DNA of 62,000 nucleotides from Wallemia ichthyophaga EXF-994 (Eukaryota > Fungi > Basidiomycota). The notes below the pieces were generated by a model that worked only from the letters and a program-made list of their open reading frames with translations, was not told the DNA's origin and searched no databases. Both the position numbers and the translations under genes were made by a program. Shown in pieces: positions 23,572-36,295 of this stretch (positions within the stretch are counted from its first letter, which is position 1; each line of letters starts with the position of its first letter). Location: contig NW_008806291.1 in assembly GCF_000400465.1 (NCBI RefSeq), forward strand, positions 1 to 62,000, given 5' to 3'.

Positions 23572-25188
23572 CTACCTCATGGACAGAGTACTCTGAGAGC
23601 GCAGCTTGGTTGGGTTCTTGGGGATGGACGACGAGCTTGACTGTCCTCTGTAGTGTCTGATAGTGGGAGGGGGAGGGGGGCCGACGTTATCTCTCGACGG
23701 ACTCAGCAGGCTGTCTCTGGAGGGTGGTCTGAGGGTATGAGTGGATTGTGAGTGGTGTGAGTGGTTTGCGTAGCTTGCCGGGCTCGTAGCACCCATCCGC
23801 AAGCTATCCCTAGAAGGAGTCTTGCGTGGCCTGTCGCTGTATCTCATCTGCGCCCTAGCGTGTGCCTGCTGTATCTGCAGATGATTCGCAGTAGCTGATT
23901 TGCGACTGTCCGCACTGGACGGGGACGGCGACACACCCCCGTAATCCGATTTGGCCTTGTTCTTGCCGTGGCTAGGAGCGCTCTTCATGCTCTTCATACC
24001 TCCGCCAATATCACCCCCACCACCGCTCAGATAGTAGTCCTCGTCATGCACACTGTACCCACCAGCTTCAGACCCACCCGCCTGGGAATGCTCCTCGTCC
24101 CACTGCTGTCCAGCGAGGAATGCGGCGTGTTGGGCGACATAAGCCTGGAAAGACTGGCGCGCATTCATCATGGCTTGAAAGTGCATCTGGGCTGCTTGCG
24201 CGGCGTGTTGGTTGAGGTCACCGCTCGTGCTGCTCTGTGCGGAGGGCGGGGGCGTGGGGATTGCCATGTTCATGTTGGGCGGTGGGATCGGTGCTTGTCC
24301 TGTCTGGCCCATCGGCGGAAAGGGGAAGGACGCGGGGGGTATCTGAGACATTTGCATGGGTGATGCACTTGGCATAAACGGATTGAATAGCGATCCACCT
24401 GGTGCGCTGTGCATTGACACAGAGGGTGAAGGCGGTGGTGGTGGCCGTAGACCGTTTGATGGCGTCTGCCGCGATTGGGGAGAGTAGCTCGCATGTGACT
24501 GTCGTTGGTAGTTGGGCGAGAGGGAGGCGGGTGAAAGGGTGCTAGAGAGTGTGGAAGTGTGTTTACGGCTCGGCGGCGGCGGCTTGCGGTAGCTGAGCTG
24601 GTGTGAGCTGCCCTGGAGCTTGAGTGAGGGTGTTGATTTGTTCGGCTTGCTCGCTATCGACGTCGCTAAACTGACCTGCGACTTGGAACGCAGCTGCGAT
24701 AGCGGCAGCGTGTCGTCGCTGTCGTCGCTCGTATCGTCAGGAATCGTTGTAGCGGCGTGGCGGATAGTGGAACGCGACTGTCTGATGCGGTCGCGGAAGT
24801 TTGTCATGTCGCCACGGTCATCGTCGTCATCGTCTTCATCGGATGTGTGCCAGGCTGAGAGGTTTTGCTGCTTCGGCGGTGGTTTCCTGTGCGTTTTGAA
24901 GGCTGGGACTGGGGCTGGTGATTGGCGGCTTGGCTGGAAATGTGACGTTGTTTGCGTCGGCGTCTGCCTGCCTAGCAATTCGCTACTCGAACGGCGCTTG
25001 AAATCCTTGACAGACATTTTGGGCGACGAGGAGGAATCAGTGAGCGTGGGCTGTCCAATGGGGTGCTCTTTGAAGCTCTCGACGCTATTGTTGTTGCTGG
25101 GCTGCGACTGCCTCGGTTTCCTTGCGTCCTTCGCGCTTGCGTCTCTCTTGAACAACTTCCTCAATCCGTCTTTAAGTGCAATCCTCAT
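23572..25188 (-). CDS. Hypothetical Ser/Pro-rich disordered protein
   Basis: Long open frame (>530 codons), low complexity, includes SDDTLPLSQL; no recognised domain. Confidence 0.7.
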   Translation of the reverse strand: MRIALKDGLRKLFKRDASAKDARKPRQSQPSNNNSVESFKEHPIGQPTLTDSSSSPKMSVKDFKRRSSSELLGRQTPTQTTSHFQPSRQSPAPVPAFKTHRKPPPKQQNLSAWHTSDEDDDDDDRGDMTNFRDRIRQSRSTIRHAATTIPDDTSDDSDDTLPLSQLRSKSQVSLATSIASKPNKSTPSLKLQGSSHQLSYRKPPPPSRKHTSTLSSTLSPASLSPNYQRQSHASYSPQSRQTPSNGLRPPPPPSPSVSMHSAPGGSLFNPFMPSASPMQMSQIPPASFPFPPMGQTGQAPIPPPNMNMAIPTPPPSAQSSTSGDLNQHAAQAAQMHFQAMMNARQSFQAYVAQHAAFLAGQQWDEEHSQAGGSEAGGYSVHDEDYYLSGGGGDIGGGMKSMKSAPSHGKNKAKSDYGGVSPSPSSADSRKSATANHLQIQQAHARAQMRYSDRPRKTPSRDSLRMGATSPASYANHSHHSQSTHTLRPPSRDSLLSPSRDNVGPPPPPTIRHYRGQSSSSSIPKNPTKLRSQSTLSMR

Positions 25189-25237
25189 GGATGTCGTGCA
25201 TGAAGGGGTCAATATTAAATTTATTATCAATTTACAG

Positions 25238-27453
25238 TTATTCATCTGCCAAATCCTCTCTGAAAACCTTTAATTAGTTTATTTATACGTTTTTTACTTT
25301 TCCACTCACGCAAAATGCAAGTCGCTGTGTTGGCCTTTATCTGTAGACTTGACGGGGATTTTGCATTTCGGACACACATCTGTATCATTCTCCTCTTCGC
25401 TACTTGATATTGTTATAGTTTCTGTCGTCATCTCCTTTCCCTGCTTCTTTGTTGTTGCACTAGCACTAGCATTGGCACTGGCACTGGCGCTCGCAAGAAA
25501 CGCAGTCAGTCCCGTCTTCGGTTGGTCTTTCTTCTTCTTCTTCTGCGACGGCGCTGCTGCCGTGCTATCTGTCCGCTGCCGCTTTGCTTCTTTGTGTTTC
25601 ACCACCTTGTCTCGCCTTTCACCGCTTTCACCGCTATTGCCACTATTGCCGCTATTGCTTCCTAGAAACCCCGCAATGCCTCTCTGTCCCTGTGATATGT
25701 AGTGGCTTAATTAGCATACCACGTTACCTAACATCCACACTAGACTCACAGCTTCCACCGCCGCCAAACCAGAAAATGACAGCGCCAACTTATTCACCTC
25801 ATACCCCAACCTATGTTCATTGGGAATATCTTTCATCTCACTCGCTACAAACTCCCTCAGAAGCTTCTCTGCGTGTTTCTGAATCAACTCTGGTCCAAAT
25901 GCCGCGTTGTATGGGAAAGGTGATTGGTGAGAGCGGGATGGTTGGTAGAGTTGGTTAATAGAGAGAACAATACTCTTGGGCCACATTGTCCGTTTATCTT
26001 GTTCGCCTCTCATTTCTTTCAACCTCTGAGACAACTCGCTTGAGAGGATTTTAAACCAATGGCGGATCTCTCCGACAGTTTTGACGGTTGGGCGGAATGA
26101 CTTGGATGCGAGCATAGATTTGGTCATGACGCGTTGCGTAACCTGATCTGAATTAACACCGCGAATAGTGTTGTAAATCCAAATACTCTCTTCGCCGAAA
26201 TGTCGCTGCATCTCACTGAGTGGCACAGTAAGAAGGTCTGATACACTAGCTGCATCGTAATGTGCAGCAAGAGTTTCACCGAATTTACCACCGAGGCTGC
26301 GTATTTTCTGGAAACGCATCGGCGCAAGGAAGTTGTTCACGGCGGTTTGACGTAGGATGGTCTGTGCGTCTGGTTTCTTCCATGCTGAACATATCTTGGC
26401 TAGTATTTTGTTGTGCGAGATTCCAGCTGAACATGTGTAGCTCAGCTGCTCGTACATCGCTCGTCGCATCCCGGATACTGCCTCGGCACCGATCTGGAGT
26501 GCGACATCTGACCAGGATGGCTGTGTGTCTGTGTCGGTGTAACAGTGCTCTCGCTTGTCATCGTCCTCCTCCTCCCGCGTACTCACCAAATTACCCAAGC
26601 CAGCGAATGATATGATGGGAGGGTATGGTAGTGCGTCGTCGAGTGTCTTGTCTGGTGGGAGGTGAGCTATGAAGGGATATCTGGATGTAAATTGCGTTAG
26701 AGCGGGTGATTTGATGCTAGAAACACCAACCCACCTCTCTATAATCTTCCCTCGCACCATCTCAGTGAGATCAATGTACTGCTCGTCTATAGATGCCTTC
26801 TCAATCTCCGAGTTTGGGAAGTAGTCATGCATAAATTTGAGCACCTTGGAACCCTCTCTGCGGTAAGGATCGAGTGATACCTGTGTATGTTTGTGAGAAA
26901 AATCAAGTGAGACATAGAGTGAAGATTTTCACTAACTTTATGAGTAGCTTGAGTAGGGGGATCGTCCCAATAACCGGGTTCTTCAACGCCTTCTTTATAG
27001 GTGGCTACATGTACAGGGATTAGATTTGGACATTTCTTCTTGGCCTAGAAAAGTTAGATGACGTCATGTTGTAGATTGAGAGGTACCTCGAAAATATTCT
27101 CATGGCGGGATACACCGGCATTTCTGGCAGGATATGAGATGGCAATGAGGCCATTCCACTGTTGCACCACGATAGGAGCGTCGATAGGGAGGTTTAAGCG
27201 TTTCCGTTCGAACTGAGAGAGGGTGAGGAAGTGAGAGTGAGAGGAAGGAGGAAAGAAACCTGTGCGTAGGCTGAGGAGATTGAGTGAGCAATAGCACTCT
27301 CCTCCAAACAACCCACTCACCTGCATCTAAATCAGCATGGCAAATAACTCGCAGTGGATTTCTGGAAGCTTTGTGTTAAATGGATCCATAAGAAAGGAAA
27401 GAATAACACCTCGCGTCACTTGGGCAATTAGTGAGAATATTTCGATATGACAT
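25238..27453 (-). CDS. RAD30: DNA polymerase eta (Y family) with C-terminal UBZ
   Basis: Spliced N-terminus MSYRNIL..NPLRVICHADLDA; EKASIDEQY; CSAGISHNKILAK; KSMLASKSF; PIP-like QRGIAGFL; UBZ CPKC..QHSDLHFA|EDL. Confidence 0.93.
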
Positions 27454-27506
27454 TGATTGCTGTTGAGATACGCGTCTCTTTATTCAAAACGAGAATGGCG
27501 ACGCGT
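27411..27506. promoter_or_regulatory. Bidirectional Pol eta / Pol alpha promoter with MCB-like elements
   Basis: ACGCGT at 27470-27475 between the ATGs, ACGCGT at 27501-27506, TCGCGT at 27411-27416. Confidence 0.6.
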
Positions 27507-30500
27507 GATAAATTGAGGGAATTAAGGGAAGCTAGGGAAGGCGGTGGAAGGGCGAAGCAGTTTAAGGTGGATTATGGATTATTTCCGCCTATGTTTAAAC
27601 TTACAATCCCCAGATATCAGATAACGTAGACATTTACGATCAAGTTGACGAGGACGGATATAAATCAGTTTACAATGAAAGAATTAATAAACCAGATTTC
27701 ATTCAAGATGATGATGGCTTGGGTTATTTGGATAATGGTTTAGACGATTATGATTGGTCAACTCAGAACCCAGCCAGCGGCGACGACGACGACGTTAAAC
27801 CAAAGAGAAAGCCCCAGAATAAAAAGGTTAAACAGAAAGAAAGCCTCGGTGCCTTCTTTGCGCGATCTCAAACCACCAATCCTTCCCCTCAAATGTCTTC
27901 TTATCGTAAACAAGTCCCAGAAACTCAAGCTGATGATTTCATGTCCAACTTGTTATCTGGGTTAGATGATTCATCCACCTCAAACACTCTAAACCACCCC
28001 CCACGTCGTCAAGCTATCCCCAAATCTAACTTGTTCGCTAAACACAGATCTCATGATGAGAATCCAGGTTACAGCTCTCAATCAAACAACCCAGTCTCCT
28101 CTTCAGACCCTCCTTACTCTTCTGATCTCGATTTAGCCCCTCCTTCCTCCAATTCCACCCACTTACGCAGAAAATTTGATGAAAACGCTTCCATTTCATC
28201 TTCCCCTACTAAAAAACTACGTAATCATCCCCCTTCCAGTTCTGACAATGACTTTGACCCCTTTGAAGATAACTCGAGCGTGAAAAATGAGGTGAAAATT
28301 GAACCAGATGGTATAAACTCTTTGAATAGCGTTGATGACACTAAAAAACCCTCTATCGACATTCCCAACAACACCGCCCCCAAAGCCTGGCTCTCTGTTC
28401 TTGATAATATCGCTCCCTCTCCTCCACCCTCCCCAAAACCAGATGATCATGTCGACTTTAAAAGGGAAGGTTCCGCTACTGACAGCCCTCTCTACGACGA
28501 TGAAGGCTGTGTGCGCTTTTACTGGCTTGATTACATTGAAGACTTTGGTCGCGTCATTCTCTTCGGTAAGGCCTTTGACCCTGACGCAAACAAATGGCAG
28601 TCAACTTCCGTCTCTATAGAGGGCATCCAGCGCAATCTTTTCGTCACTCCACGACCTTTCAAACTCGACGATGACGGTAATCAGACTGATCAACCTGTCG
28701 AGCAAATGGACGTGCACAACGAAATGCAAGACATACGCAAAGCCAGTAAAATTAAATCTTGGGCTGCTAAGTTCGTAAAACGCAGCTACGCTTTCGAAGA
28801 AAAAGACATCCCCCATCAACAGTCTGACTGGCTCAAGGTTATCTATGGCTTCAACGAGCCTCATCTTCCGCTAGGTCTGTCTGGAAAGACATTTTCGCAT
28901 ATATTCGGCACAAACACCTCTCCATTTGAACTCTTTGTCGTTAAGAGACAGATCATGGGTCCATGCTGGCTCAAGTTGGAGGATGCCTACGTCACACAAA
29001 AGGGTACTACATGGTGCAAACACCAGTTCACTGTCACTGATCCAAAAACTGTCCAGCATTTCACTGAATCTGATGCTGAATCTCCCAAAGAACCCCCACC
29101 ACTCACCATAATGAGTTTGGCGACAAGAACTACTGTCAACCACACCGCCAATTGCAGAGAACTCGTCGCTGCTACGGCAAGAGTGTGGTCTGATATCAAT
29201 ATTGAAGATCCTACTCCACCTGAACAGCAGCCATCATCCTCCATCACTCTCGTACGTCCCATTGTCATGTATCCACCAGGTTTCGAGATGAAGGCTCGTC
29301 AGCAGAAACCAAAAATTGAGCCGATGCGTAACGAGAAGGCGGTGTTGAGCAATGTGCTCGCTTCTGTGCAGCGACATGACCCTGATGTCCTCGTCGGACA
29401 TGATTTAATGGAAGATAGTCTTGAGACGCTCTTGAACAGAATGCACGAAATGAAAATACCTAATTGGTCCAAAATGGGTAGAGTCAGGAGAGATAAATGG
29501 CCAAGAGCCAAGTTTGGACGCAACAAACTCATCACGAGTGGAAGATTGATCTGTGATTTGAGTTCAGATGCAGGAAAGGTGGGTTGAGTATGTATAAGTG
29601 GATTTTATCTCATTGCGCACCTATTGCACACTTTATAGGGCATGATCTCTTCGACTACTTGGTCCATGACTGAAATGGTTGGCACTCACCTGGGTACTCA
29701 GCGCGAGGATATCGACCCTGACGACACTTCCGCCTACCTTGATCGCTTCTCTCCTTCACCAGACCGCATGATACATTTCGTCAAACACTGCGAAGTCGAC
29801 GCCGTCTTCAATATGGCTCTCGCTGCTAAGGTCCAGATACTCCCTCTCACCCGCCAGCTCACCAATCTCGCCGGTAATAGCTGGGGCAGGACTCTTACTG
29901 GAGGTAGAGCCGAGCGTAACGAATTCATTCTCCTTCACGAGTTCCACAGACAAAAGACCATTTGTCCAGACAAACTCAGCAAGTTCGATAAGAAAGCTGC
30001 GCAGTTGGAAGCCGCTGCTGAGAATGGCGAAGACGAAGCACCTTCTAAAAAGAAAGGAGGTCGCAAGGATAAATTCAAGGGTGGTCTTGTTTTCGAACCT
30101 AAAAAGGGGCTGTGGGATAAGTATATCCTCGTGATGGATTTCAACTCGCTTTATCCATCTATTATACAGGAATACAACATCGACTTCACCACAGTGGAGC
30201 GCCCGGAAGATGATGGAGAAGACGAGGAGAAGATTCCAGAGGTTCCTCCACCGGGATCTGGTCAGGGTGTATTGCCGAAACTGATTGCAACGCTTGTCAA
30301 CCGTCGTAAACAAGTGAAGGGGTTGATGAAGGATAAGAATGCGACGACAGCCAAGTTGATGCAACTTGATATACGTCAGATGGCCCTCAAGCTCACGGCT
30401 AATTCTATGTATGGTTGTTTAGGTTTTGAAGGGTCCCGGTTCTATGCACGCCCTCTCGCCGCGCTGACAACTTTCAAGGGTCGTGAGATCCTCACACACA

Positions 30501-32113
30501 CGCGCGAGCTGGCTGAATCGATGCAGCTGGATGTGGGTATTGATTTTGGTTGGTGGATGTTGCTCACGATCTGCTAGGTCGTCTATGGTGACACGGACTC
30601 CGTCTTTATCAATTCGAACGCATACACGTACGATGATGCGCTCAAGGTGGCGAGCGAGTTCAAGAAGTACGTTAATGAGCGGTACAAGTTGCTCGAGATA
30701 GATCTCGATGGTGTTTTTAAACGGTTGTTGCTTCTGCAGAAGAAGAAGTACGCGGCAATCAAGATGGCAGATGGCGTCGAAACAACTGAGGTGAAGGGCT
30801 TGGATATGAAGCGTAGGGAGTACTCGCAGCTTTCAAAAAACACTTCGCAGTACGTCCTCGACCAGATACTCAGTGGGGAGTCTACGGAGGTTGTAGTGGA
30901 GCAAATACACGAGTACTTGGGTGTGGTGAGCGAGAGCATCCGTAGCGGCAAGGTGCCACTGGAGGAGTATATCATCAACAAGCGCTTAGGTAAGGACCCA
31001 GAGGCTTACCCCGACTCTAAGTCTCAGCCACATGTCCTCCTCGCTCTCCGCATCAAGAAACGCGGTGGTGCCGTGCGCAGTGGTGACGTCGTCAGCTACA
31101 TCTTCTGTCAGTCTCCAGATGGCTCCTCCAGCAAGACGGGCAAGGCGGAGAATGCTCACAGTATAGATGAAATCAGACGCGATGGAATGTCAGTGGATTA
31201 TGAATACTACCTCACTTCTCAAGTCCTACCACCTATCGAGCGTCTGTGCGATAATATCGAGGGCACAGACCGTGCGCGACTAGCGGAGTGTTTGGGTGGG
31301 TGGTGCGCATTATTTTATGGTCTATTAACAAACCAAACCTTATAGGACTCGACCCTGCTCGTTTCCAGACGCAAACGATGGGTGCAAGCAACGACAAGGA
31401 ATTCCACACCCTCGAATCGCAGATGTCCGATAAGGAGAGGTTCAGACATGCTGAGCGACTCGTGCTACGCTGCGTGGGTTGTGACGAGCAGAATGAGTTC
31501 GGCAGTCTCCTTGATGATGTGGGTTGAGTGTGTTGTTGTCTATACTAGCTTACATGACCTGCGCAGACTAAACACATGCAGACGCGCGGTATCGTCTGTC
31601 AAAATTGCAAGGGTGTGCTGCCTCTTGGAAGCGTCGCCACTCAGCTCGAGATAAAGCTTAGGCAGTGCATTGCGCGCTATTACGAAGCTACCCTGGTTTG
31701 TAATGATCAGGCTTGTGGTAATACCACTCGCATGATGGGCGTTTATGGTAAGCGGTGCCTTGCGCCTAATTGCCTCGGAAGTATGTCGTATGCGTATGAC
31801 GACCAGATGCTTTACAATCAACTTTTATACTTTGCGAGATTGTTCGACGCGGATAGGATCATGACGCAGGCTAAGACGGGTGGTAATTATGGTGCGTTTT
31901 CTAGATAGTGCAGTTAGCACATACACACACAATCACACTAACCCTTGTACAGATGAAATTCACCTCCTCTGCGAAAAAAATAAACCCACCTTCTTTACCC
32001 TCCACAACACCGTGGCTAAGTTCCTCGAACGCAATGCTCGCTCCGTGGTCTCTCTCGCTGATATTTTCTCTTTTATGAACCTACAGCAACGTCGTTGGAG
32101 AGTGGCGGTGTGA
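27495..32113 (+). CDS. POL1: DNA polymerase alpha catalytic subunit
   Basis: DFNSLYPSII, KLTANSMYGCLG, VYGDTDS, EVKGLDMKRRE, C-terminal Cys zinc-finger region; multiple introns. Confidence 0.97.
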
Positions 32114-32193
32114 GACATGGTTTAAAATGTACTATTTATGTGCTTTTTATGAAAATTTATACAACTCTCTCTTGATTTCAATAATAATTCAGC

Positions 32194-32642
32194 TCACTTG
32201 GCCTGGCCTGCTGCGTCTTTTGCAACTTTGCACATTTCGCAGTTGAAAACGACGAATTCGCTCTGTTCTGGGGGAGTGTTAGGGACTTGTATCAGATATA
32301 CAGCTGCGTACCACTCGGAGCGACGAACACGGCCATAAATTCAGCTGGTTCAGTCTGGCTGTTGTTTGCCGAGACTGCATGCAGCGCGCCTGGCAGTTCT
32401 GACCAGGTATCGTTTGTGCTGAGAATCTTCTCCTCTTCTGCCTCTTTCGCGCCTGGTTGGTGGACGACGCTGCGGATGGTTCCGCTGAGGACTGTACCAA
32501 CGACGAACGCCTCACCGTGGTGGTGCGTAGGTGTAACCGCGCCTCCTTCGTAGCGCACCTTGAGTCCTACTACTACCTTGCTGCTGTCTGTGGGGAGCAC
32601 GTGGCTGAAAAGCGGTGTGAATGTGTGTCCTGGGAGCGACAT
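32194..32642 (-). CDS. Small cupin-2 domain protein
   Basis: PTHHHGEAFVVGTVLSGTIRS and WSELPGALHAVSANNSQTEPAEFMAVFV; a 44-nt intron (gtacgc..ctaac..ccag) gives the C-terminus EQSEFVVFNCEMCK..AK*. Confidence 0.85.
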
Positions 32643-32736
32643 TGTAGATGTTTGGTGGTTTGTAAGATAGGCGTTGTACACAGCGTTTTGAAGGTGTCTT
32701 CCCCAACGTCTTCTCACTTGCGTCATTTCACTCGCA

Positions 32737-32774
32737 AGACCGAGACCGAGACCGAGACCGAAACCGAAACCGAG
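32737..32774. repeat. (GAGACC/GAAACC)n hexamer microsatellite
   Basis: About 6 tandem units directly visible upstream of the cupin ATG. Confidence 0.85.
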
Positions 32775-33035
32775 ATATGCTCTATGTAGTTTCTAAATGC
32801 GTTGGGGCGGTGGCCTATTAGTCATGTCTATTTGTGCTAGTCTTTCACTCAAGCTGGGATTGTCGAATTTGCATTTCAAGCGAATCATTTGAATCGTTAA
32901 GCGTCGAGCAAGGAGTGTTTTAGTAGAATGTAGTAGCCGTAGCCGGCTTCAAAGCCAACTGATCCTCAAGAAACCTTCTCGGCATGGTCATGAGTCTCGA
33001 ATAGCTCTCTGAATCGTCAGCTGCTATTCATTTAC

Positions 33036-33391
33036 AAATCGCCGGAAGTCCGTGTCTCATGAACAGGTGAACGACAAACTCCGAGCTAAGATTGGCCAAG
33101 AATCCACCAAGAATCATTGTGGATCCGTCTGTTGCCAAGCTTGTGCTGTTATCAAACCACCGTCATCTCAAATACACAAATTACGCTATCAAAGTCGCCG
33201 GAAAAATCGTTAGCCCGGAATTTTACAGAATCCGTAAATGATATGGCCGTTTATTGCCGTCTAATCGCGGGTATTACATATGGTCCGTATGAGAAATAAG
33301 TGGATACAGGACATTCAGGGAGTGTCCAACACGCCTTTAACGCCTTCACCAAGATTTATCTTGCGAGACAACTCTATCTGAAATCGCCGGA
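33036..33391. promoter_or_regulatory. Three copies of AA(A/G)TCGCCGGA in the cupin/MFS divergent promoter
   Basis: Copies at 33036-33046, 33192-33202 and 33381-33391. Confidence 0.5.
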
Positions 33392-33650
33392 GAAATTCCC
33401 GCCGAACAAGCAAATCACAAAGAATAATGCAGCAGCTGAGCATATAGCTTTCTCGCTCTGTAGCAATTTACTACACAAATCTCGCTTTTTTACTGCCCAC
33501 GGGAAATGTCAGCGCGCTTAATTTAGCTCATGTGGATGTCTCATTAGGCACACGCATGAACATAGATCTATAAATAGATTACGATGGTTTCTGACTTAAT
33601 AAACTGCTCAACTCGCTAATTTCTCATAATCAACACAACCAACACAAAAC

Positions 33651-35419
33651 ATGAAAAAATCTGCCAATTTCACTGAGAAAGTCGAGCACATCCCTCAAGA
33701 AGAAGCTCAACATAATGAATACACCACTGATTACACCAACGATCCTGAAGCTCAGTCTCAGCGCACATCTACAGACGTCAGCTCAAAGAAACGCCGCTGG
33801 TCGCTCTCTACCGGATCCCTGAGATCTGCTGGCGATGGGGATAGTCCTCATATTGTCAGCAATCGCAAACTGGTGTGGAAGGTATGTTATAATAACTGTA
33901 GCCTGTCGAAACTCCCACTCACATTCCCACAGATGGACCTTGCGATTATGCCGTTAGCGTGTGTTTCATTTGCAAAAAATTTGCACCTTACTCACTCACC
34001 TTAGCATCTTGCTCTACCTCATGGCTTATCTCGATAGAGGTAACTTGGGAAACGCGAAAACGTTCCCCGGATTCGAGAGCACCGTCTTCAACGACCAGGA
34101 CGACAAATACGCGCTACTTAGTTCCATGTTTTACATATCTTATTTGGTCTTTCAAGTTCCTCTCACATTGCTCGCCAAGTATATGGCTCGTCCGGATTTA
34201 ATGATCGGGACAGTGGCAATTCTCTGGGGTATTTCATCTACCCTACAATCTACAGAATTCAACTACTCCGGTGCTCTCGCATGTCGCTTTTTCCTCGGCT
34301 TCTCTGAAGCTGGCTTTGGTCCACTAATGCCATTTTACTTCTCTATGTTTTACCTAAAAAATGAGCTAGGTAAGAGAACAACAATTTTCATAGCAGCAGC
34401 ACCGCTAGCTGGTGCATTCAGTGGTATCATTGCTTATGGAATTGAGCACATCGACTATAAGATAGCCAGCTGGAGATTACTTTTCCTCATCATGGGCTTG
34501 CCCTCGATCTTGCTCGGGATTGTCACGCTCTTTGTGATACCATCACGTATCGAGGTCACAAGATGGTTCAACGAGGAGGAGAGAGCGCTGGCACAGGCGC
34601 GCAAGAACTCTGAAATGACGCAAGAGAGAATCGGTTACATCAACTGGCGTCATGTCCTCAGTGGATTCCTCGATTTCCGCACATACATCAACTGCTTCAT
34701 ATACATGTGCATAAATGTAGCCCTCAGTTCTATTAGCAGCTTCCTTCCTCAAATCCTCACGGATTTGGGATACACAGGTGCCGATTCGCAACTTTACTCC
34801 GTCCCGCCATACGTCTGCGCAGGTGGATGGATGGTGAGTACATGGTGCAACGCTTTTACATTGCTCACTCCTTCACTAGATCATTCTCTCTTTCATCTCA
34901 GATAAATATCAGATGCGCGGTCCGGTAATTAGTGTCAACATGCTAATCAGCGGTATAGGATACTCGATTTTGATAGGGACCGATCCATCATCGCTGAATG
35001 CGCGCTATGGTGCCATTTTCCTCTCCGTAATGGGCACATACACAGCCATCCCACTGACGCTGTCGTGGTCAGCATCCAATGCAGGCTCCGAATCCAAGAA
35101 GGCAGTAGCTATCGCTATGTTGAACACTATCGGACACACATTGAGTGTGCTTGGCGGTTACATCTACCCCGATGCAGAAGCGCCAGAGTATACGCGTGGA
35201 TTTGCTATTTGCATGAGTTTCGCTTATGCTGGCTGCATCGCTGCGGCTACTCATAGTACCATTCTTTGGTTCATTAATAAGCGCCGCGATAGGGAGGAGG
35301 ATGTCTCAGAAATCGGAACACCGGATACCTTTACTCATGCGGACAAAGCGGTAAGTGGGGTACTTAGCGTATTCCAAAGCTGATGTGATATCTAGGTTGG
35401 ATTCAGATACACGCTTTAG
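33651..35419 (+). CDS. MFS transporter, anion:cation symporter (Dal5/Tna1-like) family
   Basis: KLVWK|MDLAIMPL, YLDRGNLGNAK, RFFLGFSEAG, WRLLFLIMG, C-terminal GFRYTL*; several introns. Confidence 0.93.
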
Positions 35420-35795
35420 AACGATGTGAGCGTATGTTCTTGGGTCGCGTGTGTACTTTTAGGATTGTATAACATTATAACTGTATAATTGAGGATATGT
35501 ATGTCAATTCAACATGATTATGAGTGTATAAACGCTCGCACTACAAAGAGGTCGATGCGCTTTCATTGGAGAAATGCGTCAGGCTATTCAAGAGATACAG
35601 GCAGCCTTTGCCGTATACGGTAATAGAATTTGCAGCGATCAAATTCCGAATAAGGTGTGCTCGGCTCACCCTGCAAGTGGCCTAGCAGTTAAGAAGAAAA
35701 GTAAAGCCTTTTAATGGCAATTTATAAATACAACAATGTGATTATTTTCATTGACGCTCCAACATTCCAATCATATCATTGTATCCGCTATTCAC

Positions 35796-36252
35796 TCAAT
35801 ATTCACCGACTTGAAATCTACTTTTGCCATCGATTTCATCCCAAATGACTGATTTACGACTTTTTAACAACTTGGAATAAAAGAGCTTTACTGGTAGCTC
35901 TGGCTGAAAAGAGAATGATTTTGGTAGATTTAGATTCTGGTTGAAATCGCTCTGGAGCACCCGGTGGTGCAGTTGGATATTCACAGCCGTATCGGGAATA
36001 GCAGGATCTAGATGATACCCGGTTATCAATTTCTTGGCGGTGACGGGAGCGAGGGAGCCAAGGGGGAATTGGGAAGCGTGATGGATCAGCGGGAATGATT
36101 TTAGAATAAGAGCACAAAATAGCTCCCATTCATCGACTCCTCTAACCCTTCAAGTACATACGCTTATCTCAAAAATTCTCCGGTTCAGGCACCGCCGGGT
36201 ACTGCAGAGCGAGGGTGACCGACACCGAGAAGGTGAAAAAGGCAAGAAACAT
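35796..36252 (-). CDS. Candidate small gene or pseudogene divergent from the DHA1 transporter
   Basis: ~117-codon open frame ending at 35796; upstream ATG at 36252 encodes a signal-like MFLAFFTFSVSVTLALQ but stops in a T5 run just before a gtatgt donor. Confidence 0.3.
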
Positions 36253-36295
36253 CCTTTCTGCTTACTATAAGCTAGTCGCCCACTAAAAACTTGGG

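Noticed and set aside
24620-25273. 217-aa plus-strand ORF
   Set aside because: Antisense to the 23572-25188 gene, with no independent features.
25238-27453. Eso1-type Pol eta-Eco1 fusion as in S. pombe
   Set aside because: The gene ends right after the UBZ domain; there is no acetyltransferase domain.
32737-32774. ETETET ORF or CRISPR-like repeat
   Set aside because: A simple hexamer microsatellite with no spacers, in eukaryotic DNA.
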